Assembly (NCBI GenBank): GCA_963664325.2 | Contig: CAXXDQ010000004.1 | Span: forward strand, 384,001-448,000 | Source: Desulfomonilia bacterium | GTDB lineage: Bacteria > Desulfobacterota > Desulfomonilia > UBA1062 | Direction: 5' to 3' | DNA: 64,000 bases | In this document: piece after piece, positions 8,522 through 19,691 of the stretch | How positions within the stretch are numbered: position 1 is the first letter of the stretch | How the letters are laid out: each line of letters begins with the position of its first letter | Position numbers and translations under genes: made by a program | Notes under the pieces: model-generated | What the model was told of the DNA's origin: nothing | Database searches by the model: none | Seen by the model: only the letters and a program-made list of their open reading frames with translations

Positions 8522-10609
8522 TCATTGACCTGCAGCCTGTTTAAGGGCTTCCTTCCGGCTCAATCGTATTTTTCCATTTTTGTCGATTCCGATTACTTTA
8601 ACTACAATTTCGTCACCCTCGTTAACCACGTCACGTACATTCTGTACTTTTTCATTAGCAAGCTGTGATATGTGAACAAGCCCTGAATCTCCTGACGGGA
8701 AATCCACAAAGGCTCCGAAATCCATTATCTTGACTACTTTGCCAACATACACCTTATCGATTTCAAGCTCTTCTGTCAGGTTGTTTATAATGTCAACAGC
8801 CAGACGGGCATGTTCCTCATCCGGTGAAAAAACATTCACCTTGCCTGAATCATCTATCTCGATCTTTGTTCCGGTGCGGGCTGTGATATCTTTTATTACC
8901 TTTCCCCCAGGGCCTATTACGTCTCTTATTTTCTCAGGATTAATCTGAATGGTAAATATCCTGGGGGCATATTTTGATATCATATCGGAAGGTCTATCAA
9001 TGGTCTTTGACATTATATCCAGGATTTTGAGTCGGCCTACTCTGGCCTTTTCCAAGGCATCAGACAGGACCTTTTCGGGTATTCCTTCAATCTTGATATC
9101 CATTTGAAGTGCAGTGACACCATCTGTTGTTCCTGCGACTTTGAAATCCATATCCCCTAAATGATCTTCGTCTCCAAGAATATCGGTCAATACCATATAT
9201 TCTCCGGCCTCATGGATAAGCCCCATCGCTATTCCGGCCACAGGTTTTCCAAGTGGAACCCCAGCAGACATAAGGGACATTGATCCGCTGCAGACCGAAG
9301 CCATAGAAGAACTGCCATTGGATTCAAGTATTTCAGATACGAGCCTTATTGTATAAGGGAATTTCTCGATTTCTGGAAGAACCTGCCTGAGAGCCCTTTC
9401 CGCCAGGTTGCCATGTCCGATCTCGCGCCTGCTGGGTCCTCTTAACGGTTTTACCTCACCGACTGAAAACGGCGGGAAAGAATAATGCACCATGAAAGTC
9501 TTAGATGTCTCGCCGAGAAGGTTTTCCAACTTCTGCTCATCTCGGGGTGTTCCTAAGGTCGTTATTGCCAAGGCCTGGGTTTCTCCTCTTGTAAAAAGTG
9601 CCGACCCGTGGGTCCTTGGTAAAATCCCCGTTCTGCATTCTATATTTCTTATCTGGTCAAAATCCCTTCCGTCAACACGGATTCTTTTCTCATGCATTAA
9701 GGTCCTTACAACTTCCCGTTCCAGCTTTTCCATGCAGACTTTTACCATAGAAATCCGGTCTTCATCCTGGTCTGCATACCCATCAAGAATCTTCTGCCAG
9801 ACGGCTGAGGCCCCATCTCTTCTGCTCTGCTTAGTTGACCCAGGCGTAAAGACCTTATCCAAACTATCAGCAACAAGGTTCCTGATCTCTTTGTACAAAT
9901 TATCATCGCTGGCAGGCGGTACGGTCTTGATCTTCGGCTTGCCTGATAATTTTCGGAGCTCTTCCTGAGCATAGATAATTTCTCGAATTCTGGAATGGGC
10001 AAACATGATCGCATCAAGGATAATCTTTTCGGGAAGCTCCTTTGCTTCTCCTTCGACCATGACTATGGCGTCTTTCGTCCCAACAACGACAAGCTCCATA
10101 TCTCCCTGTTCGATCTGGCTGTATGTAGGATCAATTATAAACTCTTCGCCAACATGCCCAATTCTGACACCGCCTATAGGGCCTTCGAACGGGATGCTTG
10201 ATACGTGCAGTGCCGCAGAAGCTCCATTTATTGCCATTACATCAGGGTTAACCTGAGGATCGGCAGACAGAACGGAAGCAACGATTTGCAATTCATTGTA
10301 AAAGCCATCAGGAAATAGTGGCCTTATCGGCCTGTCAATGAATCTTGCAGTTAGTATTTCCTGGTCTGTTGGTCTTCCTTCCCTTTTAATAAAACCACCT
10401 GGAATCCTTCCTGCAGCATAAGACATTTCTTGATAATCAACTACAAGGGGCAGAAAATCCGTACCTTTTCTTACGTCTTTTGAAACTGTTGCAGTAACAA
10501 GGACAACGCTCTCCCCCTGATAAACCAAGACTGAGCCGTCAGCCTGCCTGGCAACCGTACCCACATCGAAGATGAGGGGTTTTTCAGAACCTTTAGTTTG
10601 AACCTGCAT
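8522..10609 (-). CDS. pnp: Polyribonucleotide nucleotidyltransferase
   Basis: FTRGETQ, RREIGHG, SNGSSSMAS, GDMDFKVAGT; KH and S1 domains. Confidence 0.98.
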   Translation of the reverse strand: MQVQTKGSEKPLIFDVGTVARQADGSVLVYQGESVVLVTATVSKDVRKGTDFLPLVVDYQEMSYAAGRIPGGFIKREGRPTDQEILTARFIDRPIRPLFPDGFYNELQIVASVLSADPQVNPDVMAINGASAALHVSSIPFEGPIGGVRIGHVGEEFIIDPTYSQIEQGDMELVVVGTKDAIVMVEGEAKELPEKIILDAIMFAHSRIREIIYAQEELRKLSGKPKIKTVPPASDDNLYKEIRNLVADSLDKVFTPGSTKQSRRDGASAVWQKILDGYADQDEDRISMVKVCMEKLEREVVRTLMHEKRIRVDGRDFDQIRNIECRTGILPRTHGSALFTRGETQALAITTLGTPRDEQKLENLLGETSKTFMVHYSFPPFSVGEVKPLRGPSRREIGHGNLAERALRQVLPEIEKFPYTIRLVSEILESNGSSSMASVCSGSMSLMSAGVPLGKPVAGIAMGLIHEAGEYMVLTDILGDEDHLGDMDFKVAGTTDGVTALQMDIKIEGIPEKVLSDALEKARVGRLKILDIMSKTIDRPSDMISKYAPRIFTIQINPEKIRDVIGPGGKVIKDITARTGTKIEIDDSGKVNVFSPDEEHARLAVDIINNLTEELEIDKVYVGKVVKIMDFGAFVDFPSGDSGLVHISQLANEKVQNVRDVVNEGDEIVVKVIGIDKNGKIRLSRKEALKQAAGQ

Positions 10610-10614
10610 AATGC

Positions 10615-10884
10615 CTACTTGCGCAGCTTAAGGGCTTTAGCGAGAGATCTGTATCTCTTGATGTCCCTTTCCTTGAGATAATTCAAAAGACGCTTGCGCT
10701 GACCGACCAGCATAAGGAGACCTCTTCTTGAATGGTGGTCTTTTTTGTGAGCCTTAAAATGATCTGTGAGAGAATTTATCCTGTTCGTAAGAAGTGCGAC
10801 CTGCACTTCCGGTGATCCGGTATCATTCTCATGGATCCTGAATTTTTCGATGACTTCCTTTTTTACCTGTAGTTCTAATCCCAC
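10615..10884 (-). CDS. rpsO: 30S ribosomal protein S15
   Basis: [24 protein letters not shown]; GTG start with AGGAGG. Confidence 0.98.
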   Translation of the reverse strand: MGLELQVKKEVIEKFRIHENDTGSPEVQVALLTNRINSLTDHFKAHKKDHHSRRGLLMLVGQRKRLLNYLKERDIKRYRSLAKALKLRK

Positions 10885-10986
10885 TTTCTTCCTCCTGATT
10901 TTCTTTCTTCGCCTTTATTAGAGCGAAACGTTTAGCATGCCTTAAATACGCTGTAAATAGTTAATATGCCTTCTTCTTGCTGATTA

Positions 10987-11883
10987 TTAAAAGAATCCTC
11001 TTGCAATATATCCGAATATACCACCTGAACGTTTAACCCTTGCAACACATAGCAGATTGTCGTCTTCGTCCTGAATTGCCACAAAAGATTCATCTTCGGC
11101 AATTACATCATTGACCATTGTTGATATCAGCACCGGCTTTCCTTTGGTGATGGCATCTTTTCCTTCGGAATTGACCTTTGCAATGGGAAGATTGATTGCA
11201 TTTAGAAGTGATATTAAGATGTTCTTTCCTTCTGATGATCTTTTCTTAATCTCATCTATAGTCAATGCATTTTCAATTGAAAACCCCTCGCTTTTGAGTC
11301 TTCTTAATTCCCTCAGATATCCTCCGCATCCAATAAATTCTCCCATATTCCTGGCCAGAGACCGTATATAAGTTCCTCTGGAGCAAACAACCTTCATCTC
11401 TAATGATAAATTATCTATCGAAAGAATTTCTATTTTATGAATAGTTACATTTTTTGCCCTTGGACTAACGTCTTTATTCTGTCGTTTAAGCCTGTAAAGG
11501 GGTTTCCCGTTGAGTTTCTGTGCACAGTAAGCTGGCGGTATTTGGGTTATTTCTCCTGAATTGTTCTTTAACCATTCTTTAAGTTTTATATTATCAAAAT
11601 TTATGTTCTCAAATATTTTTTCAGCATTGCCTGTGACATCATCTGTATCTGTAAACATCTCCAAACCTACCGTGGCAATATAGGCCTTAATATTATCCTC
11701 CATAAATGGCAAAAGCTTTGTTCCGCTTCCAATACCTATGCACAACAAACCCGTTGCAAAGGGATCAAGGCTACCGAAATGACCCCCTTTTTTTTCACCT
11801 AATATTTTCAACACAACATCAACCGCTTTTCTTGATGTAATGCCTTTAGGTTTGTCAAGAAGAACTATCCCGTTTAAACCCAT
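10987..11883 (-). CDS. truB: tRNA pseudouridine(55) synthase
   Basis: LDKPKG.TS, GH.GSLDP.ATG, CSRGTYIRSL. Confidence 0.93.
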   Translation of the reverse strand: MGLNGIVLLDKPKGITSRKAVDVVLKILGEKKGGHFGSLDPFATGLLCIGIGSGTKLLPFMEDNIKAYIATVGLEMFTDTDDVTGNAEKIFENINFDNIKLKEWLKNNSGEITQIPPAYCAQKLNGKPLYRLKRQNKDVSPRAKNVTIHKIEILSIDNLSLEMKVVCSRGTYIRSLARNMGEFIGCGGYLRELRRLKSEGFSIENALTIDEIKKRSSEGKNILISLLNAINLPIAKVNSEGKDAITKGKPVLISTMVNDVIAEDESFVAIQDEDDNLLCVARVKRSGGIFGYIARGFF

Positions 11884-12791
11884 TTGGATCCTTCTTCCAT
11901 TACCCTGTTCAACAATAATGAGGCTTTTCCCTTAATAGAAAAACCTGCTGCACGTTCATGTCCTCCTCCTCCAAAGGCCAATGCCGTCATCAAGGCTGCA
12001 GGTCCGGATCTGCTCCTCATTGAACAGCGCACCATATCATCTTCTGCATCCCTTAAAAAAATGCAAAGCTCGGATCCGCCTATTGAAGCTATTTCCTCGA
12101 CAATACCTGACGCATCCTGTGGAGACGCACCAAGTCGATTTAAATCATCTTTAGTAATATATGTACCAAAAACAGGACCTCTGATTGATAGTCTTTCCAT
12201 GGCATGACATAAAAGTTTATAATACCAGAGAGTTTTACTTCTCTTGAGTTTAAGGGCTATAGAATAGGCATCCGCTCCGGATTTTGTCAGTTCATGAACT
12301 ATTTTAAAAATTCTTGGTTTGATGTTCGTATGCGTAAAGCCTCCGGTATCACCAAAGATTCCCATATAAAGATTTGATGCTATAGCCGGAGTTATTCTTG
12401 CAAATCCACATAGCAAATCATAAACCATCTCACAGGTGGAGGAATACTTGGGATCGACCCAACTGATATCCCCATATCCGTTATTTGATTTATGATGGTC
12501 AATCACAACTACTATCCCTTTTGGTTTTATATTTCCAAGCATCTCCATATCTGAAACATCCAAAAGAAAAGAAACATCCGGAGATTCACAGAAATAGTCT
12601 TTGTGAATTGGCGGTATTATATATTGTTCTGCAATAGATGTGGTGTATATGCGACCTGCTTTTTTGCCCAATCCAGAAAGGGCATGCGCAAGCGCAGATG
12701 TCGATCCAATAGCATCTTCGTCAGGAAGTTCATGGGTTAATATTTCAAAGGTGCGTTTCCCTTGAATTAATTCAATTATTTTATCCTTCAT
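11874..12791 (-). CDS. nrnA: DHH/DHHA1 phosphoesterase (NrnA-like)
   Basis: H..PD.DAIGS, IDHH, DTG and GGGH motifs. Confidence 0.85.
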   Translation of the reverse strand: MKDKIIELIQGKRTFEILTHELPDEDAIGSTSALAHALSGLGKKAGRIYTTSIAEQYIIPPIHKDYFCESPDVSFLLDVSDMEMLGNIKPKGIVVVIDHHKSNNGYGDISWVDPKYSSTCEMVYDLLCGFARITPAIASNLYMGIFGDTGGFTHTNIKPRIFKIVHELTKSGADAYSIALKLKRSKTLWYYKLLCHAMERLSIRGPVFGTYITKDDLNRLGASPQDASGIVEEIASIGGSELCIFLRDAEDDMVRCSMRSRSGPAALMTALAFGGGGHERAAGFSIKGKASLLLNRVMEEGSKWV

Positions 12792-13134
12792 CTATATGTA
12801 TCTTACTGAGTAATTCATCTATGTGAGTTCCGTAATCAAACGAACTGTCATATATAAACCCGAGTTCAGGGATCCGTCTTAAATCCAAAGTTCCCAACAT
12901 TTCATGCCTCAAAAAACCAGCAGCACTCTCCAGGCCTGCCAATGCCTCTTCTTTCAGCGCACTGTCATGAACACAGAAAAAAACGTTGGCCTTTCTCAAA
13001 TCGGCGCTCACTTCAACACCTGTAATAGTAAGATCGTGTACTCGAGGGTCCTTCACTTTCCTTAAAAGGATTTCCGTGATAGTCTCCTTTAATAGATCTG
13101 ATACCCTTGCCTGTCTTAATCTTCCCTGTTTCAT
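12781..13134 (-). CDS. rbfA: Ribosome-binding factor A
   Basis: KDPR, VEVSADLR.A, LRRIPEL.F.YD. Confidence 0.95.
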   Translation of the reverse strand: MKQGRLRQARVSDLLKETITEILLRKVKDPRVHDLTITGVEVSADLRKANVFFCVHDSALKEEALAGLESAAGFLRHEMLGTLDLRRIPELGFIYDSSFDYGTHIDELLSKIHIDEG

Positions 13135-13415
13135 AGGTGAATAATCTCCATACTGCTGTCAATGATTTCCACATCCATATTATTATGGATACCCTGAACA
13201 AATTTATCCATCATCGAATTAACATGAGCTGCGCTATTGCTGATAAAAGCGACTCCTATTGTAGCAGCCTGCCATAGATCATTATCTTCAACCTCAGCTA
13301 CTGATGCATTCATTCCAATTGCCTTGTCTTTAATAGATTTGAGAACCCTGCGCTTATCTTTTAGCGACCTAGAACCTTCAATAAGTAATTTTATCTTGAG
13401 CGCACCGATTATCAC
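13131..13415 (-). CDS. DUF503 (YlxP-family) protein
   Basis: SLKDKRRV, NASVAEV...DLWQ; located between infB and rbfA. Confidence 0.9.
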   Translation of the reverse strand: MIIGALKIKLLIEGSRSLKDKRRVLKSIKDKAIGMNASVAEVEDNDLWQAATIGVAFISNSAAHVNSMMDKFVQGIHNNMDVEIIDSSMEIIHL

Positions 13416-16021
13416 AATACGGAAGACTCCTGCTTTTCCTTTGTAAAGGCTTGCACAATGTCTCCTTCTTGAATATCATTAAATCCTTCAAGGGAAATAC
13501 CGCATTCATAACCACTCACCACTTCTTTTGCATCATCCTTAAAGCGTTTCAGAGATGCAAACCGGCCCTCCCAGATTATATCTTTCCCGCGCAAAAGTTT
13601 AACCTGTGCTGTTCGCATAATCTTGCCATCAATAACCATGCATCCTGCTATTGTTCCAATCCTGGATATTTTAAATACGTTCCGGACCTCGGCTTTACCC
13701 TGAAGCACATCTTCATAAACAGGCTCGAGCATACCTTGAAGCGCCTGTTTAATGTCATCAAGGAGTTCATAAATTACCGTATATAATTTAATATCTATTC
13801 CATAGTTCTTTGCCAGATTTTTTACCTTTGTTTCCGGCTTAATATTAAATCCTATAATAACGGCCTGGCTTGTAGTCGCCAGCATAATATCATTTTCGGT
13901 TATGCTGCCGACACCTGAGTGTACAACGTTAATTCTTATGCTTTCGCCTGTCTCGATTCCTTTAATGGCCCCTGTAATCGCCTCAACTGTACCGTGAACA
14001 TCTCCTTTGATGATAAGGTTTAAGGCCTTTAATCTTCCCTCCATAACTTGGCTGTAGAGGTCTTCAAGTGTTACCTGTGCTTTTAGTTCAACTACATTCT
14101 TCTGTTTAATCTTTAAATCCAGATATTCAATTATTTCTCTGGCTTTTTTATCATTAGGTACCACAAAGAAATTATCCCCAGCTGACGGAGGACTTGTGAG
14201 ACCTATTATTTCCACTGGCGTACCAGGTAATGCACTGTTTAAAGCCACACCCTTAAAATCATACATGGCCCTGACCTTTCCCCATGTCATTCCGGCAACA
14301 AAGGTGTCACCCTGTTTTAGTTCTCCAGACTGTATGATAATAGTTGACATAGGTCCTTTACTTTTATCCAGTTTGGATTCTAAAACCGTTCCTCTAGCGG
14401 CAACTTTGGAATAGGCCTTGAGATCTAGCATTTCGGCTTGGAGGAGTATCATTTCGAGAAGATCATCAATTCCGATATGCTTTTTAGCAGATACTTCCAC
14501 AAAAACCGTATCTCCACCCCAATCTTCCGGAACAAGCCCTTGTTCTGCTAACTGCTCTTTTACTCTCTGAGGGTTCGCGTTAGGTTTATCGATTTTATTT
14601 ACCGCAACTATAATCGGGATCTTTGCTGCTCGTGCATGGCTAATAGCCTCTTTTGTCTGTTCCATCACGCCGTCATCTGCCGCAATAACTAACACTACAA
14701 AATCTGTAACCTGTGCACCTCGTGCCCTCATGGCAGTAAACGCCTGATGGCCTGGTGTGTCAATGAATGTTATCAGTTTATCCTTACACTTTGCCTGATA
14801 CGCACCAACATGCTGAGTGATACCACCAAATTCATTTTCTGTAACATTTTCAGACCGTATTGCATCAAGAAGTGACGTTTTGCCATGATCGACATGCCCC
14901 ATTACAGTAACGACAGGAGATCTTCTAACGAGTTCTTCTTCCGGATATTTCGGAGGAGTCAAATAGTCTTCTAGTATATCGTCCCTAGCCTCTTCTATTT
15001 CAAAGCCCATTTCAGCAGCTGCAAGAACTGCTTCATCCGATGTTATATAATCACTCTCCCTAACAATCATTCCCAGGGTACCGAGTACTCTAATAATTTC
15101 TGAAACCTTTACTCCCATTTCCCTTGCAAGCCCGAGCACTGATATGTCCTTGCCAATGCGTATCTTTCTTTTTCTTGTCGGGAAAGGTAGCTGTGCCTTT
15201 TTATCCTTGTGTTTGTGCGGTTTTTTCGAGAAAGAAGGTTTTATATTATAAATTTCAACTTGAGTAAAAACTTCGGTTTTTGGTGCTTTTACACCAGGTC
15301 TTATATTTTTTAAATCAACAACTTCCAAGTCTGTGTCGTCAGTAATGACATCAACGACTTTTCCTTTTTTCTTGGGCTTTTTCTTTTCACGTTTCTTTTC
15401 TTCTTCTTCTATTAATTTTCTCGCTTCTTCTTTGACAGGAGATTTTTCCTGCTGCCCAACAGATTTTTTTTCTGGTTTTGTGTCTTTTGCCTGAACCAAT
15501 GGTTGTTGTTCTTTTTGAGTAATTGCTGGTTGGATCTCTGTTTTTGTTTCTTTTTTTATGGCTTTCTTTTCAAGTTCCGCTGGTATTTTTTTCTCCTGTC
15601 CTGATGGTTTAACCTGGGGTTGTTTGATTTCTTCTTTTTTATGTTCCCGTGTTGTAATTTCCAGTTTTACTTCAACTTCAACGGGTTTTTGTTCAATGAT
15701 TTCCGGTGAGGTTTTTATCTGTGCCTCTTCTAGATCGGTTTCGGAACTTATATCTTCAGACTCAGTTGGTGAAATTTTTGCCCTTCGGCGTATAATTTTT
15801 GAACTTACTCGTTCTTCATCAAAGGATTCTGTCTTTATTTCATCCTGTTGTTTGTCAGTTGATTTTTCAAGTCGTTTTTTTATTCTATCTATGTCATGAG
15901 GATCAACCTGACTCATTTTGTTTTCTGCCGATATGGCAAGATCTTTACATATTTTCATGAGATCTTTTTCGTCAATGGAAAATTTCTGCGCTAATTCAAA
16001 AATCCTCATTTTTTTAATCAT
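13412..16021 (-). CDS. infB: Translation initiation factor IF-2
   Basis: [18 protein letters not shown]; start reassigned to ATG 16021 (ATGA overlap with the upstream stop). Confidence 0.97.
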   Translation of the reverse strand: MIKKMRIFELAQKFSIDEKDLMKICKDLAISAENKMSQVDPHDIDRIKKRLEKSTDKQQDEIKTESFDEERVSSKIIRRRAKISPTESEDISSETDLEEAQIKTSPEIIEQKPVEVEVKLEITTREHKKEEIKQPQVKPSGQEKKIPAELEKKAIKKETKTEIQPAITQKEQQPLVQAKDTKPEKKSVGQQEKSPVKEEARKLIEEEEKKREKKKPKKKGKVVDVITDDTDLEVVDLKNIRPGVKAPKTEVFTQVEIYNIKPSFSKKPHKHKDKKAQLPFPTRKRKIRIGKDISVLGLAREMGVKVSEIIRVLGTLGMIVRESDYITSDEAVLAAAEMGFEIEEARDDILEDYLTPPKYPEEELVRRSPVVTVMGHVDHGKTSLLDAIRSENVTENEFGGITQHVGAYQAKCKDKLITFIDTPGHQAFTAMRARGAQVTDFVVLVIAADDGVMEQTKEAISHARAAKIPIIVAVNKIDKPNANPQRVKEQLAEQGLVPEDWGGDTVFVEVSAKKHIGIDDLLEMILLQAEMLDLKAYSKVAARGTVLESKLDKSKGPMSTIIIQSGELKQGDTFVAGMTWGKVRAMYDFKGVALNSALPGTPVEIIGLTSPPSAGDNFFVVPNDKKAREIIEYLDLKIKQKNVVELKAQVTLEDLYSQVMEGRLKALNLIIKGDVHGTVEAITGAIKGIETGESIRINVVHSGVGSITENDIMLATTSQAVIIGFNIKPETKVKNLAKNYGIDIKLYTVIYELLDDIKQALQGMLEPVYEDVLQGKAEVRNVFKISRIGTIAGCMVIDGKIMRTAQVKLLRGKDIIWEGRFASLKRFKDDAKEVVSGYECGISLEGFNDIQEGDIVQAFTKEKQESSVL

Positions 16022-16620
16022 ACAACAGCACCTCTGAAGGAAAGGCTCTGGAATTTTTCCAGATTCCTCAACATCTTTTTCTGCATCGGCCAATTACCTT
16101 TTACTATTGCTGTTTCTATAAACGTATTTCTGCTATTGTCTCGAAGATTAAAGATTTTTATGCCGAGTCTTCTAGCTTTTTCAAACAAATTCAGTGAATC
16201 AGCTGTGTTATCATCACCTGCAATTAAGTAATCCATTGGACCAATGGGGCCTTCTGCAACTTTTTGCATATATCCCATTTTACAGCATAAATTCATTTCC
16301 TTTACTATTTCATCTATAATCTTGGCTTTAATTTCGTCTTTAAACCTATCTTTTTCTTCTTTTGAAAAACCTAAGCGGGAGTTTTTTCCCTTTATGGTTT
16401 TATCAAGACATTTCGTAGTTGGACAAATGTAAATGCCTCGACCTTTCATTCTTGCAGAATGATCATATACGGCATATTCTTTTTGTGTTCTAACCAGCCT
16501 CATTAATTTGTCCTTTGGCTGTATTCTTTTACACATGCAGCATTGTCTTAAAGGGTTACCCCTTTTAGTTGTTAATAATCTTTTTTGCCCTTTTAATGAT
16601 GAGTTCAGCAGTTTGGTCAT
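16018..16620 (-). CDS. YlxR/RnpM (DUF448) protein with C-terminal extension (possible degenerate L7Ae domain); start uncertain
   Basis: PLRQC..C....K..L.RLV, GRGIYIC....CL; located between nusA and infB. Confidence 0.8.
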   Translation of the reverse strand: MTKLLNSSLKGQKRLLTTKRGNPLRQCCMCKRIQPKDKLMRLVRTQKEYAVYDHSARMKGRGIYICPTTKCLDKTIKGKNSRLGFSKEEKDRFKDEIKAKIIDEIVKEMNLCCKMGYMQKVAEGPIGPMDYLIAGDDNTADSLNLFEKARRLGIKIFNLRDNSRNTFIETAIVKGNWPMQKKMLRNLEKFQSLSFRGAVV

Positions 16621-17806
16621 CTATTCCCTCTAATTCAATTAAATCGTCTATGGTTGTCTTCGCAATGTCATGAAGGGTTTTGTATCCGGCTGATGTCAAT
16701 TCTTCTGCTATGAGATCATCTATTTCCTTAATCCTAGTAAGAGCATATTTGTCTTCTGATGAAATAACTTCTTCCATCCCGTCCGATCTAACATCAATTT
16801 TCCAACCAGTAAGTTTTGCAACAAGTCTTACATTCTGTCCACGTCTTCCTATTGCTAGGCTAAGCTGATCATCAGAAACAACAACATCCATGGCCTTATT
16901 TGTCTTGTCCACAATAACCTTTGAGACGCGAGCCGGAGCAAGGGCATTGCATACAAATTTAACAGGGTCTTCTGACCATACAACGATGTCCTGTCTTTCT
17001 CCCCGGAGTTCATGAATAACATTCTGAACGCGCGCACCCTTTACCCCGACACATGTTCCAACAGGATCAACATTTGGGTCGTGACTTCTTACGGCAATCT
17101 TTGCCCTTATCCCTGGATCCCTAGCAACAGCAACTATTTCCACAATCCCTTCTGCGATCTCAGGAACTTCCATTTCAAAAAGCTTTTCAAGAAACTTCGG
17201 ATGTGTACGTGAAAGCTCTATCTGTGGCATTTTAAGCGATTTGGTTACATCCAGTATATAAGCCTGTACCCTGTCACTTCTTCTGAAAAGTTCACCAGGG
17301 ATATGCTCTTTTTCTCTGAGAATTGCTTCAGCCTTGCCTAAATTGATAATGGCATCCTTCCTTTCGAACCTTTGAATAAACCCTGATATTATTTCTCCTT
17401 TGCGTTCGATAAACTCTTTGTAAACTGCATCCCTTTCTACTTCTTTAACCTTTTGCGTCATTACTTGTTTTGCATTCTGCGCTGCGATTCTACCGAGTTT
17501 GCTGGCGTCAAGCTTTTCTCCGATTTCATCGCCAACTTCGCAGCCGGGATCAAGATTTTTAGCATCTTCTAGTGCAATTTCCATAGATGGATCAAAGACA
17601 TCTTCAGCAACAACCTTAAATTGAAATACTTCTACTTCATCAATATCTGCATTATACTGCGCCTCAATATTCGGATAATCTCCGTATACTTTCTTTGCTG
17701 CGCTAAGAATTGCTGCCTCAATTACACTTATGAGGTCATTTTGTTTTAAACCCTTTTCCTTAGCAATCTGCTCTAACGTTTTTGATAAGTTTAAACTCAT
17801 ACGCAT
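16565..17806 (-). CDS. nusA: Transcription termination factor NusA
   Basis: GRIAAQNAKQ, S1, ARDPG.RAKIAV, DPVG.CVG.KG.RV, LSLAIGRRGQN. Confidence 0.97.
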   Translation of the reverse strand: MRMSLNLSKTLEQIAKEKGLKQNDLISVIEAAILSAAKKVYGDYPNIEAQYNADIDEVEVFQFKVVAEDVFDPSMEIALEDAKNLDPGCEVGDEIGEKLDASKLGRIAAQNAKQVMTQKVKEVERDAVYKEFIERKGEIISGFIQRFERKDAIINLGKAEAILREKEHIPGELFRRSDRVQAYILDVTKSLKMPQIELSRTHPKFLEKLFEMEVPEIAEGIVEIVAVARDPGIRAKIAVRSHDPNVDPVGTCVGVKGARVQNVIHELRGERQDIVVWSEDPVKFVCNALAPARVSKVIVDKTNKAMDVVVSDDQLSLAIGRRGQNVRLVAKLTGWKIDVRSDGMEEVISSEDKYALTRIKEIDDLIAEELTSAGYKTLHDIAKTTIDDLIELEGIDDQTAELIIKRAKKIINN

Positions 17807-17817
17807 ACTCCCTAAAA

Positions 17818-18246
17818 CTAATAATCTAGATTAGCTTTGATAATATCTTTCAATAAAATCTCATGTACGAGGCTACCTGTATCTATCTTCATTTTGATTC
17901 CATTTGTTTCCCTTAATATGCCCTGAATTATTTCTTGTTTTGTATGGATTTTTACTTTTCTTCCCGTAAAATGTTTAAATTCCTTTACGGTTGACAGCTT
18001 TCTTGTAATCCCAGGAGAAGAAACTTCCAATCGATAACGGCCTTCAATGATATCTATAACATCAAGCAGAAGTCCAACATGCCTGTTAACGCTAACGCAA
18101 TCATCAAGAGTAACACCTTCAGGTTTGTCTATTGTTAGCTTTAATACACCCCTGGGAAAACTGATCTCTAATAAATCCAGACCTAAAGGTGCAATTACGT
18201 TTGTAATCTCTTTTTCTAATTTTTCTACTATTTCTTCTGCTTTCAT
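17818..18246 (-). CDS. rimP: Ribosome maturation factor RimP
   Basis: GVTLDDC, Y.LEVSSPG; start reassigned to MKAEEIV because the longer ORF runs through the tRNA. Confidence 0.93.
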   Translation of the reverse strand: MKAEEIVEKLEKEITNVIAPLGLDLLEISFPRGVLKLTIDKPEGVTLDDCVSVNRHVGLLLDVIDIIEGRYRLEVSSPGITRKLSTVKEFKHFTGRKVKIHTKQEIIQGILRETNGIKMKIDTGSLVHEILLKDIIKANLDY

Positions 18247-18256
18247 GTTAAATAAA

Positions 18257-18278
18257 AAAGTGGGCATAAGCCCACTTT
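18257..18278 (-). terminator. Hairpin/attenuator between tRNA-Gly and rimP
   Basis: On the minus strand AAAGTGGGC-ttat-GCCCACTTT continues into a T-run just before rimP. Confidence 0.65.
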
Positions 18279-18299
18279 CCTCCCATTTCCCTTTCTTTC

Positions 18300-18375
18300 T
18301 GGAGCGGGCAACGGGGTTCGAACCCGCGACATTCAGCTTGGGAAGCTGACACTCTACCAACTGAGCTATGCCCGC
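18300..18375 (-). tRNA. tRNA-Gly(CCC)
   Basis: GCGGGCATAGCTCAGTTGGTAGAGTGTCAGCTTCCCAAGCTGAATGTCGCGGGTTCGAACCCCGTTGCCCGCTCCA: 76 nt, full cloverleaf, anticodon CCC, encoded CCA. Confidence 0.97.
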
Positions 18376-18385
18376 ACGAATATTA

Positions 18386-18415
18386 TTAATAGAATATGAA
18401 CAATCCTATTGTCAA
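18386..18415 (-). promoter_or_regulatory. Sigma-70 promoter for the tRNA-Gly/rimP operon
   Basis: TTGACA-18 nt-TATTAA ending 10 nt before the tRNA. Confidence 0.55.
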
Positions 18416-18493
18416 CATATCTTTCTGTTGGTGTCATTTGGTACGGGAATTATTTAATGTTATAAAAAAACCTGTTCTCGGTATTATAAATGG

Positions 18494-18892
18494 TCAATTC
18501 GTGATCATCTTTACCAGTACCGATCGCAACCTTGGTCCATCAAATTCAGCAAGGTATATGCCCTGCCAAGTTCCTAATACGAGGGTTGAGCTTTCTGCAA
18601 AAACTGTTACACTGGACCCAATTAAGCTTGCTTTTATATGTGCGTGTGAATTTCCTTCAACATGCCTGTAATGCATATTTTTTGGTACAAGTCTTTCCAG
18701 GGTTTCCTTAATATCTTCTTTTACATCAGGATCTGCATTTTCATTGATAGTTATCCCGCATGTTGTGTGGGGTACATAAACAAAAATTACCCCTGAAGAA
18801 ACGGCTTCTGATTTGATAATTGATTTAATATGTGATGTTATGTCAATAAACTGACAAGCTCCTGTGGTTTTTACTTCTATTCTCTTGATCAT
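18494..18892 (-). CDS. yjbQ: YjbQ/UPF0047 family protein
   Basis: PHTT.GITINENADP, GNSHAHIK, LGTWQGIY..EFDGPR; start at MIKRIEV. Confidence 0.9.
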   Translation of the reverse strand: MIKRIEVKTTGACQFIDITSHIKSIIKSEAVSSGVIFVYVPHTTCGITINENADPDVKEDIKETLERLVPKNMHYRHVEGNSHAHIKASLIGSSVTVFAESSTLVLGTWQGIYLAEFDGPRLRSVLVKMITN

Positions 18893-18902
18893 AATATCCT
18901 CT

Positions 18903-19691
18903 CTAAATAGTTCTCCTTGTTGAAATATGTGAAAGAAAAAGTTCTTCAAAATTTGAAAATGTTATTTCTGATAATTCTTCAATACCTATCTTTTTAATTT
19001 CTGACAACACATTAAGAACTTCCATAAGGTATGCTGGCTCATTCATTTTCCCTCTATGTGGGACAGGGGACAGATATGGCGCATCTGTTTCTATAAGAAG
19101 CCTGTTGAGAGGTGTCATCTTGGCAACTTCTCTTAATAGGGTTGCTGATTTATAAGTAATAACCCCCGTAATTGATAAATAAAATCCTTTCGAGAGGATT
19201 AAAGAAGCAAGATCTTTGTCTCCTGAAAAGCAGTGCATAACGCCACCCATAGACCATCCATTATATTCATTAAGTACCTTAACTGTTTCTTTGTGGGCTT
19301 CCCTATCATGTATGACCAAGGGAAGACTATGCGCCTTTGAAAGTTTTATGTGTGCCTTAAATATTTCTTCCTGCTCAATGATGGAATTTGGTGTACGATA
19401 AAAATCAAAACCGGTTTCCCCTATGGCAACGACATTATTATCAATTTCAAAGGAAAGATTATATACATCTTCTACTGAAAAATTAAATGCCTTCTGAGGA
19501 TGAATTCCTACAGAGGTATAAAATCCTTTGTGTGTTTCAGATAGCCTCCTGGCCTTAATACTGTCCTCGGGATCAATCCCGACCAAAAGAATTTTTTCAA
19601 CTCCAGCAGAATAAGCCCTGTTTAGAATATCATCAAGTGTGTTTTTACATTCATCAAAATGAAGGTGATTGTGAGAATCTGCGATCTTCAT
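18903..19691 (-). CDS. tatD: TatD-family nuclease
   Basis: DSHNH, GIHP, AIGETG.D, IHDREA, HCFSG, ETDAPYL. Confidence 0.93.
   Translation of the reverse strand: MKIADSHNHLHFDECKNTLDDILNRAYSAGVEKILLVGIDPEDSIKARRLSETHKGFYTSVGIHPQKAFNFSVEDVYNLSFEIDNNVVAIGETGFDFYRTPNSIIEQEEIFKAHIKLSKAHSLPLVIHDREAHKETVKVLNEYNGWSMGGVMHCFSGDKDLASLILSKGFYLSITGVITYKSATLLREVAKMTPLNRLLIETDAPYLSPVPHRGKMNEPAYLMEVLNVLSEIKKIGIEELSEITFSNFEELFLSHISTRRTI

Noticed and set aside
16022-16093. IF-2 N-terminal extension MADAEK...CCC
   Set aside because: Overlaps the ylxR frame; the ATGA-coupled start at 16021 is more plausible
18247-18360. N-terminal extension of rimP in the ORF track
   Set aside because: It reads through the tRNA-Gly gene; the real start is 18246
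18300-18494. tRNA-Gly as an integration site
   Set aside because: No integrase or duplicated tRNA 3' end seen in the window
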